DNA of 51,013 nt, filler included, from Catajapyx aquilonaris (lineage: Eukaryota): assembly GCA_000934665.2 (NCBI GenBank). It is 2 parts of 2 records of this genome, joined end to end, with 100 filler letters (N's around TTAATTAATTAA, not from the genome) between each part and the next. Parts side by side here need not be neighbours in the genome. Positions count along the whole stretch, not along the records: positions 25,535 to 51,013 come from JYFJ02005365.1; 1 more part is not named here. One strand, written 5' to 3'. A program made the position numbers and the translations under genes. Shown piece by piece: positions 38,961 to 49,139 of this stretch. Under the pieces are notes generated by a model. That model was given only the letters and a program-made list of their open reading frames with translations, was not told the origin of the DNA and searched no databases. The stretch's first letter is position 1. Every line of letters starts with the position of its first letter.

Positions 38961-39989
38961 ATGACCCTCTTTCTGAGTCAAGACCACCCGTTAGGCCAAC
39001 ACCAGAGCCAGCCAACGTACATAATTACCATGAGTGGTGGCGCCGGTCATCATTGCTACACGATCTATTGTCAGATGTCCTAAGAAGAACGGTGAAGGCA
39101 GCAGAAGTCCATCATTTTTATCAATAATACAGACAACACGTGTCTTCCACGAACAATAGTCGTGGGGATGGCTATACTCGAAGGCAGGCCCTAAAGGGAA
39201 TTTACTCCATCCACTTCCAATTTATCCCTTTGCGAAGCCCTATTTATGTGTAAAAAACGTTCGACGCTAGTGGATATGCGGAAGAGAAAACAAGGGTCCA
39301 TACACCGTTGTCGGGAGAGGTACTGGAAGGCATGCAAGACCCATGGTGATGGGAGGTCACCTTTATTACGTCCAGAAGATACAACACCCGAGCATGTGGC
39401 GAAGTACGTGCCTGAGCATCTGCAGAAGCCGCGGTGTGAGCAGCCCGAGAGGAAGAAGTTTGAAAACAATAACTGCATGTTCCTCGAGTGGCATGCCTGC
39501 GAGAAAGTAAGACTAGGTGAAAAGACCAGCTGATAAGCTACTGTAAAGCAGATGTGGCTATTCTGAATGCTGCATGCCTCAAGTTTCGGTCAATGTTCCT
39601 GACAGAAAATGGGGTTTCAACCTATACCACACGTACCCATTGAGGAAACCTTGCGCTGTATATTCAGACACACACTGGTGGGAAGTAGTGGAGTCGAAAA
39701 TAAAGCAAGACTCAGTTTGCATGGCAATTTTCCTGTCTCGGGTTACCCACAAAAGGTGCTGTTCCTCCAAGTGTTGAATCGCCTGCGAGATTACGAGTGG
39801 AAGCTCCACAACGCATGTAGTGTCCCTGAGAGAAGCTATCCAAGAGGTACACCAGGCATGCCAGCATGGCAAATGCAATGCCATGGGCACAGGGACAAAA
39901 AGTCCCACCTGACCTTCATTTCAGTTGCAAGAGGAAGTGCATCACAAAGGTTACGGATGAAGAAGAGCGACGTCTACTGGAGACTCGGA

Positions 39990-40300
39990 ACTCTATGGAA
40001 AAATAAACATGACATTTTATCTGAAAGGTCAGCTCGATTGTGTGGTGGTAAAGCAAAGGCCCATGAGAAAGGAAGGCGCAAGACCAAGAGATAAATCATT
40101 CATATGGCACATCACAAGAAGGTGCGACAGAGTGGCATCGTGTCAGAAAGCTTTTCGTTTCATTGTACGGGATCACAGAAAATCGGGCTAGGCGTTTGAG
40201 AGAACTACTGAAATAGGGTACAAGTCCAAAAGATTTGAGGGGAATGCATGTTAATATAGCTAATGCACTGTCAGAAAGAGAATTGCTTGAACATATATCC
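39990..40300 (+). mobile_element. Sola1-like transposase N-terminal fragment
   Basis: CQKAF / FVSLYGITENRARRLRELLK*GTSPKDLRGMHVN resembles the Sola1 VC..AF.SL.GI...R...SP.D.RG.H motif. Confidence 0.6.
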
Positions 40301-40713
40301 GACAAGAGACCAAATGGCCATACAGGGTCCCGATTCTCCAGCAACTAGTACCAGAGCACAACAGAATCTCTATACCACATGAATTACTTCACCTCATATC
40401 CGACTCCTGACCAAATGTCCATGCAGAGTTCCGATTCTGCATAACATAACCCCTACCCTAAAAGTCGCTCTGGAATACTACGGTATGTTAAAATCATCAC
40501 CAAGCGGCATGGAAATTATGCCAAGACAGAGAACAAAACCATATAAGGGGAAGGCAGAAAAATGCCCTATAATAGATTGTGCTTGCTCACTCAGTCAATA
40601 CACAAGTAGACCACCTCATTTAGTTAGTAATTTAAATACGAATTGCATGTATTGTCCCATTTGCTGCCGGTCGTGGCATAGTATCCTAGCTTGGATTAAT
40701 CACTTGGTATACA

Positions 40714-41136
40714 CGCATAGCTTCGGGGCGGGACACTGGGCTAGGGCCTGGGGGATGCGTATGGGAGTGCTGCAGTAGAGTTGGGTCCTTGAGCATTCAG
40801 GGCATTGCTTCCCCCTCCCCCCATTTTCCCTTCCATACTTGTTTTTGCTTTTAGAAATCTTAAAATTTGCATAAATTTACCGAAAACTTGCATTAAATGT
40901 ACATTAAAATTAAACTGTTGTGAACTATCACCTTTTCAGATCTTATTTGGCTCAGCTTCATTTTAAAATATAAATGTAATTTCTCTAACGTAAATTCTAT
41001 TAATCGTTTGATTGGAGTTCCTTTTGTGAGGACAGTAAATGTAAATTCTTGTTCTTGATTAGCCTTTGAATAATTGTGGATGATGAGATACATTGGCGCG
41101 GGGCCTTTATGGCCGGGTCGCCGTAACTCTGACACA
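40714..41136. repeat. Unclassified ~420-bp interspersed element, copy B
   Basis: Flanked by direct repeat GTATACACGCATA (40707-40719, 41137-41149). Confidence 0.85.
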
Positions 41137-42418
41137 GTATACACGCATAAGGAGTAGATGAATACAGTACTGAAGGAGACTGGTTATGAACACATCTTGC
41201 GTTATGGAAATACACAAATAATCACATAAGAGATTGAGGCATTTGGAGGTGGAGGAATGTTCTTTTGTTAATATTACTGACACTGCCATGATTGTTTTAT
41301 AGAATACACTTGAGTGTGTCTGAATGTAAAGGGTTATTATGTACGATGAAAGGTAATGATTATGAAGCAACTGGAAATTTTTTCCTTTATGGGTGGATAT
41401 TTGTCATGCCGCTTATGGCATAACAAGAAACTTAAACAGACTTTAATTAAGATATTAATTAGCGTCTGACGTACCCTTGAGTATCATAAATTATGTCTGT
41501 TTATTGAACACTTGCAGAGTTAGTGTACGTCCGACCACATGCAAAGATTTATTCATTGGCATTGGCATGGGCTTGTGTAGTGTGACCTGAATAATTTTTC
41601 TGCGTAAGAAAAATGTCGAAAAGCCTGGCGGTGCAAGAATTTGATGAAATTACTGGGCAATCTTAGCCTCAATCGAGCTGAGAAGTAGGAAGGTCGTGCC
41701 TAGACAGCTCTGGCCAGTTCAGTGGGGCTGATCCAGCTGCATTTGAAATCCGAGCTAGTCATGGCCTCAAAGGACGGAATCCAGCAGTTGCTGATGCAGC
41801 TAAAGGCGAACCTGAAAGAGGACATCCACAAGATTGACTCAGCAGCACAACGCACAGTGGGGCGAATATGTGAAAAGGCGGACAAAAAAATATTTTTAAA
41901 CAGTGAGTGAACAGTTTAAAAAGTATCGTATGACATTACCAGCACCTTCGAGCGTCACAAATGAGCAGTAAGTAAACATAGCTGGACTTTGGAACTTGGC
42001 AAGCTCCCAAAATGTGGCGTATGTGTGAAGGCATTCAGCCACCCTCTTCTTCAGTGTGCGTGCTGCGTCCAAAGTTGGTGGCTGTTCTTTGGTTCTACTA
42101 ATTTTGTGGCCGATTTCGCACTATGGCGTGTGCATTTCAAGGTATGAGCTACATTCTCGCCACATTTTTCATTCCCTGAAACATGTTCGAAAGTAATCGT
42201 CATGTTGAAATAGGTGTCTTTTTATAACGCTACTGCAAGTTAGAACACAGTGTTCGTGTCATACAAAACTCGCGCCCCGCCGCGCCCCTAAGATATATGC
42301 GGTAAGACAAAGATTTAGTCCTTGGCAACTGGAAAAATCAAAATTTGGCCGCACCAACTTGCACTTTATTAATAAATAAAATACATACAACCCCCCCCCC
42401 CCAAACCAGGTACGAAAT

Positions 42419-44572
42419 GTGAATCGAACATTATGTATCAAATATTTCGCTGTAAATGAGTCACCTCTACCAAATACTTACGCAGCTTTCTCTGTAACAA
42501 TAGGATTTTCGCTGACGCGAAGAGAGTTATTTAACATAATGAAAGGTGCGTCATCCACCGATTTCAAGAGCCAGTGCACCTATCTCGAACAGCAGGTGTT
42601 GGCCATGTATGGTGACTCTCAAGATGACAGTCTGGCTGCTGACGTTAGTCGGACCCTGTCTCAGAACTTCCTCAACAAATATACCCCCAAATGGAAAGCG
42701 GCCTCAAGAATGGAAGAAAGATTTTTGAAGAAGAACAGCACTTGGTCGGATGTGGAAGTCAAGTTTCACAAAAAAGCAGCTCCTGCGAAACGTGATCGGC
42801 GTGGCCGTCCCAAAACAGATTTTCCGGAGGGTTGTGAGAGGACAAAACGTCGCAGGACCGAGGAAGTAAGGAAGGTTGCAACCACACCTGAGCTTACGTA
42901 CGCTGCACAAATGAAGCTGCGTGCATCAGGGAAAAAAGATGCGGCAAACCTAGTGAAGCAAGCCACCTTAAGCACACCTACCAGAGCCAAGGCGATTCTT
43001 TCTGGATACCGGCAGAATCTTAGCAGCAAGCCTGTAATTCGTAGCAGTGGCGACGAAGCCCTTTCTATGATTATAGAAGCTCAACTGACAAAACACCAGT
43101 ACCAGATCATACGAAACCGGGCCAAGGAGAACAATGCTGACACTTTCCCATCATACCACATAGTTTCAGATGCTAAGAAGAGGTGCTACCCAGAAGACAT
43201 TGTTACAACAGACACTTCAGCTGAAGTTAAGCTACAGTCCCTGCTGGACCACACCACCGAGCGTTTGCTGCAGGTGCAGGAGAATGCCATCAAATCTCTT
43301 TCTGGTGAGCAACTTAAAAACTTAAACCTCATCTGTAAGTGGGGCTGTGACGGAAGTTCGGGTCATGCTCAATACAAGCAGACGTTTGGAGACGGTTCCA
43401 AGTTGTGCAGTGACAGTGACATGGTGCTAACATCACTCGTACCTTTGCGTCTCTGTGCACCGGATCAAGATTCATCAGAACAAATAATAGTTTGGCAGAA
43501 TCCTCGTCCATCTTCTTGCCGGTTTTGCCGCCCTGTCCGTTTTCAATTCATGAAAGAAACTAATGAAAGCATTAGAAAAGAGGTCAGTAATGTGGAAGAG
43601 GAGATAAATGCACTGTCACCTTCGCGTTCAAGTGTCAACGGACAGGAGGCAGTGGTTACCCACACATTGTTCCCCACAATGATAGACGGAAAGGTGTGCA
43701 ATGCCATAACCTCCACTGCATCCACTCAGAGGTGTTACGTGTGTGGCGCCACCCCGACTGAGATGAACGACATAGAGAAAGCACTGCAGAAGAAGGTGGA
43801 CCCAAGTACATTTAGATTTGGACTCTCGACTCTGCATGCTTGGATCCGGTTTTTTGAATGCCTATTGCATGTGGCCTACAGGCTAACAATAAAGAAGTGG
43901 CAGGTTCGCACTGAGAAAGAGAAGGCCCAACTGAAAAAGGAAAAACAGCGGATTCAAGATCGCTTTGGGGAGGAAATGGGCCTCATAGTCGATCGCCCAA
44001 GACCAGGAGGAAGTGGATCGACAAATGATGGGAACACTGCCCGACGTTTTTTTGCTGACCCGGAATCAACGTCGTCCATCACTGGCATCGATGAGAACAT
44101 CATCAGACGCTTTGGAACTGTTCTGAGGGCAATAGCCAGTGGTCAAGACATCAACGCAGGAGCTTTTCAAGCATATGCTGTTACTACGGCGAAGCTATTT
44201 GTTGACATGTACCCGTGGTACAGAATGCCAGTTACTGTGCACAAGATTCTCATCCATGGGAGCCAGGTGATAGCATCAGCACTTCTTCCAATAGGCCAGA
44301 TGTCTGAAGAGGCGCAGGAGGCCAGGAACAAAGACCTAAAGAAGTACAGGGAGCATTTCTCTCGTAAATGTTCCAGGGAAGTGACAAATGCTGATGTGAT
44401 GACGATGCTGCTAATATCATCTGACCCGAAGATTTCGAGCATCAGGCAGCTTCCAGGGAAAAAAGTGAAGGCGTTGCCTAGTGACGTTCTAGAGCTTCTG
44501 AACATACCAGAAACCCCAGCAGGAAATACTCCTGATGACTCGGATATGTCCAGTATGTCTGAAGATGAGTGA
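42419..44572 (+). CDS. Transib transposase (RAG1-core homolog); probable true start at a micro-exon 42123-42141 spliced to 42504
   Basis: Catalytic motifs KWGCDGSSG (D), TMIDGKV (D) and MSEEAQEARNK (E); WQNPRPSSCRFCRP, CYVCGATP, LSTLHAWIRFFE, GSTNDGNTARRFF, MPVTVHKILIHG; no stops. Confidence 0.95.
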   Translation: MNRTLCIKYFAVNESPLPNTYAAFSVTIGFSLTRRELFNIMKGASSTDFKSQCTYLEQQVLAMYGDSQDDSLAADVSRTLSQNFLNKYTPKWKAASRMEERFLKKNSTWSDVEVKFHKKAAPAKRDRRGRPKTDFPEGCERTKRRRTEEVRKVATTPELTYAAQMKLRASGKKDAANLVKQATLSTPTRAKAILSGYRQNLSSKPVIRSSGDEALSMIIEAQLTKHQYQIIRNRAKENNADTFPSYHIVSDAKKRCYPEDIVTTDTSAEVKLQSLLDHTTERLLQVQENAIKSLSGEQLKNLNLICKWGCDGSSGHAQYKQTFGDGSKLCSDSDMVLTSLVPLRLCAPDQDSSEQIIVWQNPRPSSCRFCRPVRFQFMKETNESIRKEVSNVEEEINALSPSRSSVNGQEAVVTHTLFPTMIDGKVCNAITSTASTQRCYVCGATPTEMNDIEKALQKKVDPSTFRFGLSTLHAWIRFFECLLHVAYRLTIKKWQVRTEKEKAQLKKEKQRIQDRFGEEMGLIVDRPRPGGSGSTNDGNTARRFFADPESTSSITGIDENIIRRFGTVLRAIASGQDINAGAFQAYAVTTAKLFVDMYPWYRMPVTVHKILIHGSQVIASALLPIGQMSEEAQEARNKDLKKYREHFSRKCSREVTNADVMTMLLISSDPKISSIRQLPGKKVKALPSDVLELLNIPETPAGNTPDDSDMSSMSEDE

Positions 44573-44797
44573 CTACAAAATGTAACGAGCGCCAAAGGAA
44601 AGTGAAGCAGTGTGTTTTTGTGACAAATGTTATTAGCTGCTCGGGACTCATTTGTAAGTTAAGTTTTTGTAACATTTTGTATAGAATTGCTGTATATGGC
44701 ACAGATAGGAAGCAAAATGAAAATATTTGACGCATTATGAGCATTTACTTTCCTCTCAATTTGCAAGTTTTCACATTATACTTTATGGAAAAGTCGC

Positions 44798-45034
44798 AAA
44801 TGACCGCCATATTGGATCCGCCATATTTACTTTCACATTTCTGAGAGCATATTTGAAATCAGCGACTTAAAAAACCCCCCAATTAAATTTTTCATGACTA
44901 TAAAACTAATATTTATAATACAATCGTCAAAAATGAGCGCCATATTGGATCCGCCATCTTTGTTTTCATATTTTTGAGAGCATATTTGAAATCAGCGACT
45001 TAAAAAACCCCCCAATTAAATTTTTCATGACTAT
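44798..45034. repeat. Two subterminal direct repeats (period 133 bp) inside the Transib right end
   Basis: AAATGAnCGCCATATTGGATCCGCCAT...GAAATCAGCGACTTAAAAAACCCCCCAATTAAATTTTTCATGACTAT at 44798 and 44931. Confidence 0.9.
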
Positions 45035-46544
45035 CCAATTCATATTTATGTATTTGTCCGCCTTTTCACATGTTCGCCCCACTGTGCAACGGCTTGAAGA
45101 TACGTGGGGAACCAAGCTGAGGGAGGTGTCCGTGGAGATCCACGCAATCAAGGCTGAGGTGCAGAAGATCCACAAAAGGACTCAGGACCTTGAACTACAA
45201 AATCAAGAGCTGAGCTACAAGTTAACCATCATGGAAAACCAGGCCAGGCGATCGAACCTACTGCTGCACGGGATTGTTGAAGAACAAAATGAGACATGGG
45301 ACAGATGTGCTGTTTTGTTCCGGAAAGTACTGAAGAATTTCCACTTACATTCTGACCCTGAGGGAGTGGAGATAGAGCGTGCTCATCGGACAGGGTCGAA
45401 TCGGGCCCAGGGCAGTAGGCCATTGATCGTCACATTACTTCGCTTTGGTGATAAGGAGGAGATTCTCCGTAACGTGAAGAATCTGTACGGTCACAAGATT
45501 AGCATTGGGAGTGACTACGCATACCCAACCAGGATGCTGCGAAAGAAGTTGCTGGCCTTTCTTAAACAAGCAAAGCAAGAAAACCGGCGAGCTCGTTTAA
45601 ATGTGGATCGACTGTTTATTGATGGGAGGGAGTGTAAGCTATCCGAGGACAATACAGAGGTGTACCCCGTCAATTACTCCAGGCACAACCCGCCGGCAAG
45701 TAACAGCCCAATAGCAGAAGATTTTCCGCGCCTTGCTGATGGAGCAGTGGGAGATAGGGTGAAGGACGTTGCAGCAGGTGCTGCTACCACAAGGTCAAAA
45801 CGTGGCCCTTCATCGCCGTTGGAAGAAGAAGCCACAAAAAAACGTCAACAGCAACAAGCTGCCCCAGATAAAAACGCAACAATGTACACCAACGTGGATT
45901 ATGGTCAACAGTAACAATTTGGGGCAGTGAGTGAGAAGAGGGCGATAGTGAGTGATCATGAAAAAGTGCAGTTAAAGTGTAAGCAGAAAGTGCCATTAAG
46001 TGGCATGTTATGCAGTGAGCGCGTTCCATTACCAACTTATATTCGGACCCGTACCGGCTTAGGTCCATCATCGTGATGTACTGCACAATGAGCATGGAAT
46101 TCAGACAGACCTTCATGCTGCTCTTATTTGCAATCATCAACTGAACAGAAATGGAGAGGAAGATCTTTTTGAGATGCTTTGACTCCTTCCCACTCAAACA
46201 AACAGACAAACAAACTGAATAAGCTCAAGACACGCAGTTTATTTTTATGACAAGATACTGCCCAAATGGTATTTGCAGAACTGCCCATATCGTCGGTGTC
46301 AAGCCAAAGGAGCGAATAGACTATTTCTTATAGTCCCCGGCGGGCTAACTTGGCAGTCCGCACACCCAACACTCCGCCCCCCACCCAAAGTCCCATCCCG
46401 GCCCGGACGCACCTCACGCCCGCCCCTCGCGGACCACTTCCCGTCTAACCAACGACACATGTGACCTTTTATAAGAACGGCGGGCCTGTCGCCGCTGATA
46501 TGACGCAGCACAAGGCATGCGCTCGTGCTGCACCATCTCGGGTG

Positions 46545-47420
46545 TCGAAGACCGTAACGTGGACCGTCATGACGACCACCACCACACCAAAGCCAGCAAA
46601 GCCACTGCCTCCAACTGCACGTGATGCTCTTCTACCGCTTCTCATTTCATCGGTGATCAGGTATATATCCAGCCCCACACTAGCTTTCCATTGTTTTGCA
46701 TTCTCCATCACTTTGCCTGCCTGCTACTGGAGACATTATAGTCATATGCTCCACCATTTTCCAGGCTGCCAGCAAGTCACGGATCAGCAGTGTCACCAGC
46801 TGGCCCATTTGCCTCCAACTCCACCACCAAATCTCCAGCCAAAGCGTGCGGCAGCTCCTGCAATCATCCAACAGCCTCGTCAGGACCTCAGTGCTGAAGT
46901 TTCCAGGTCCTGCTACTTGTGTCACGACATCTGCGACGACTTCTTGTCCTGTGTGATCAACCAACGAACACCTGTGATGACATCAATGCTGAAGCGTCCA
47001 GGTCCACCCCAGCCGTCCATCACGCGGCCTCCTGTGACACAAAACCAGCCTGCTACCAGTATCGAGACTTCTGTGAACATCCAACGGCCACCTGTGATGA
47101 CATCAGTACTACCGCAGATGATTCAGAGGAGGGAGAGAGGCACAGGCAGTACTAAGAGATCAGCCATTCATCCCCTCCACCGTTGCCTTGTGTGGAGGGC
47201 ACCATTGCTTGCGGTTGCTTCAGCTGGTGATAGTACCGCAGCTGATCCAGACCAGGGAGAGAAGCACAGGGTATCATATTTGAAAGTTGGTACGCGACAA
47301 AAATAGATTGGGAAGCACTGCTCTAAAGTCTAAAGAGTGCAAGAGCTGACACAAAGTGAGGAACGAATGTCACAAATGTGACATGTATGAACGCTGCTGG
47401 CCACTACATCCCACCAGCTC
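46545..47420. repeat. Dispersed duplicate of 35125-35305 plus 36328-36900
   Basis: Shared ACACCAAAGCCAGCnAAGCCACTGCCTCCAA, ATCATCCAACAGCCTCGT and GATCAACCAACGAACACCTGTGATGACATCA...GCTGCTGGCCACTACATCCCACCAGCTC. Confidence 0.85.
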
Positions 47421-48196
47421 ATGGGACCTACCAGCGAGCAAACGCCATAGCTGCAAGAAGGCAGCCCTATTGGAAACATTTTTCGGACCACCTAAAATAA
47501 AAGTGAACGTGAAAAGTTTTCCCCGAATCCATGTTGGCAGCATTCCCTGACATTAACTGTCCTTACATCAATTCTCTCAAAAAAGAAGCCGATGAAGCAG
47601 CTGTAGGTGTCATGGGAGCACTGCTTCTTGGAGTGGAGAAGAATTTACAAGAGAGAGCACAAGATACTGCCAAGGAGAAAATCCTGCAGAGGAGACTGCT
47701 GACGCGGTACAAAGTGTATCGAGCTGAAATCTGTGGGGAAACTAGTTTCAAAATATTTTCCCTTGAGTGGAGTGCTGGATCATCGGAGTGGTACAGACAA
47801 AATGTAGTGTGTGACGAAACTAAACTCAAAATGCGGTGCAAGGTTCACGGTTACTAGGCTTCCCCACATTGTAGAATCATCTACAGATGTTGTCACTATT
47901 CGGTGATTAGTTGTTGATGGAGCCGGGGGCTGTAGATGGCTATGCCGGGTAAGCCCCCTTATATACATATCTAATACAAGTGCCTGTTGAGTATAGCTCA
48001 ATGCCCCACGTACCAGCAGTCAAGACCTTTTTTGAAGCATGTCCCCCAAAGGATGTGTTCTTCGACTCAAGCAGGCAAGTAAATCATCAGAGAAAATAAA
48101 GAGAAAAAAAAGTGTGTGCTTGTCTATACTATTAATGTGGTCTTAAAGATTTGTCATTAGGCATTTTAAGAGGGTGTGAGCACATTGTCAGATAAG

Positions 48197-49070
48197 GCTG
48201 AAGTCCCCTGATGTTCGCAGATTTGTAAGCTATGCGAACCCTCCCACTCTCGACGAGGCGGTGTCCATAGCTGCAACTCTGGAAGCGAACGAAGACGCAA
48301 CGCATAAAAAATCAGTCCGACTAGTGGGAACAAAGAGCACGGAGGACATGTTAGAAGAAATACTACAACGCGTGATGAACCTCGTGGAAGCGAGGAATGA
48401 AGAACCACAAATGAAAGAAGCCACGAGGGGACGGAGCCCCGCCTCTCGCGGAAATTACCAACAGAATGGCAGGCGAGACCTCGCCCCAGGAAGACCCAAC
48501 CGAGAAAACAGCAGGGGAAGGAGTCAATCCAGAGAGAGGGACCATTCGAGGGGAAGATACCCACACAACCCAAGCTACCCTCCCCAGAGATATCCCAACC
48601 CCGCCCACAACCATCCCTACTACCCTATACCTAGCTTCCCTTACAACCACACCACGCCCAACTACATCCCATTGAGAAATCCTAACCAACCCAGCCAACC
48701 CAAACCCACAAATAACCAAGCAGGAGGAGCACAGGGACAACCCTGTCACCTATGTCTACGTTACGGGCGTGATCCCAACGAATGCTGGACCCAATAATCC
48801 CAGTGCTACTGTAGCGTGAGAGAGGGAGAGAGTTAGCAAAATTCCCCGGCAGGGGGCATCCGGGGGGTGAGACTCTCGCAAAGAACCCAGGAAAGTGAAA
48901 ACAGAGGGCGCAGCGGTCGGGCCATTTTTTTGGAAAGGACTAATTGAATTTTTTAGAGCAACCCTGATTTTTTTAGCATAAACAGTATACCTACTTTAAC
49001 TATGGATGGCGACCGAGTAAGGATCAATATGTCAAAGCAAGTGCATCAATGTCTAGATAAGCGATGCGGT
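48197..49070 (+). mobile_element. Truncated relative of the 25.5-31 kb gypsy: gag piece directly abutting an LTR start (48811)
   Basis: ORF 48261-48797 aligns with gag 25980-26510; TGTAGCGTGAGAGAG matches the LTR start at 30492. Confidence 0.85.
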
Positions 49071-49139
49071 GCAAATGTATGTATATTTAAGACACCAAAT
49101 GTACAAATGTAAAGTTAAAAGGACTATAAGTAGAAGTAG

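Larger units (their letters stand above)
41853..45086 (+). mobile_element. Transib DNA transposon, full length (3234 bp), 34-bp TIRs, 5-bp TSD CAACG
   Basis: Left TIR CACAGTGGGGCGAATATGTGAAAAGGCGGACAAA; the right TIR reverse complement differs at one base. CAACG at 41848-41852 and 45087-45091; encloses a transposase ORF. Confidence 0.97.
41761..45914 (+). pseudogene. LINE ORF1p (L1-type coiled coil, RRM, CTD), interrupted by Transib; 304 aa when rejoined (41761-41852 + 45092-45914)
   Basis: MASKDGIQQ...DSAAQR|LEDTWG...MENQARRSNLLLHGIVE...IERAHRTG...RPLIVTLLRFGDKEEIL is in frame after removing the Transib and one TSD copy. No ORF2 follows. Confidence 0.85.

Noticed and set aside
38473..41136. 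The two 420-bp repeats as paired LTRs of one element
   Set aside because: Each copy has its own target duplication, copy A splits a pogo ORF that resumes after it, and there are no TG..CA ends, PBS or PPT.
41980..42145. Cys-rich reading (CGVC...CACC) upstream of the Transib ORF as a RAG1-like zinc finger
   Set aside because: No start codon in frame, short, and the spacing does not fit a RING or C2H2 domain; probably chance.
44167..44595. Minus-strand ORFs overlapping the Transib, gypsy and PK coding regions
   Set aside because: Antisense shadows of real coding sequence with no recognisable motifs.
1539..45086. DNA-PKcs plus a RAG1-like transposase with RSS-like ends in one window as a proto-V(D)J system
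   Set aside because: They are ~38 kb apart across an artificial-looking gap. The Transib is a recent ordinary insertion with a TSD, and no RSS-flanked gene segments are visible.
44572..45086. RAG2-like gene in the Transib (ProtoRAG/RAGL architecture)
   Set aside because: Only ~500 bp of AT-rich sequence and subterminal repeats lie between the transposase stop and the right TIR; no convergent kelch-like ORF.
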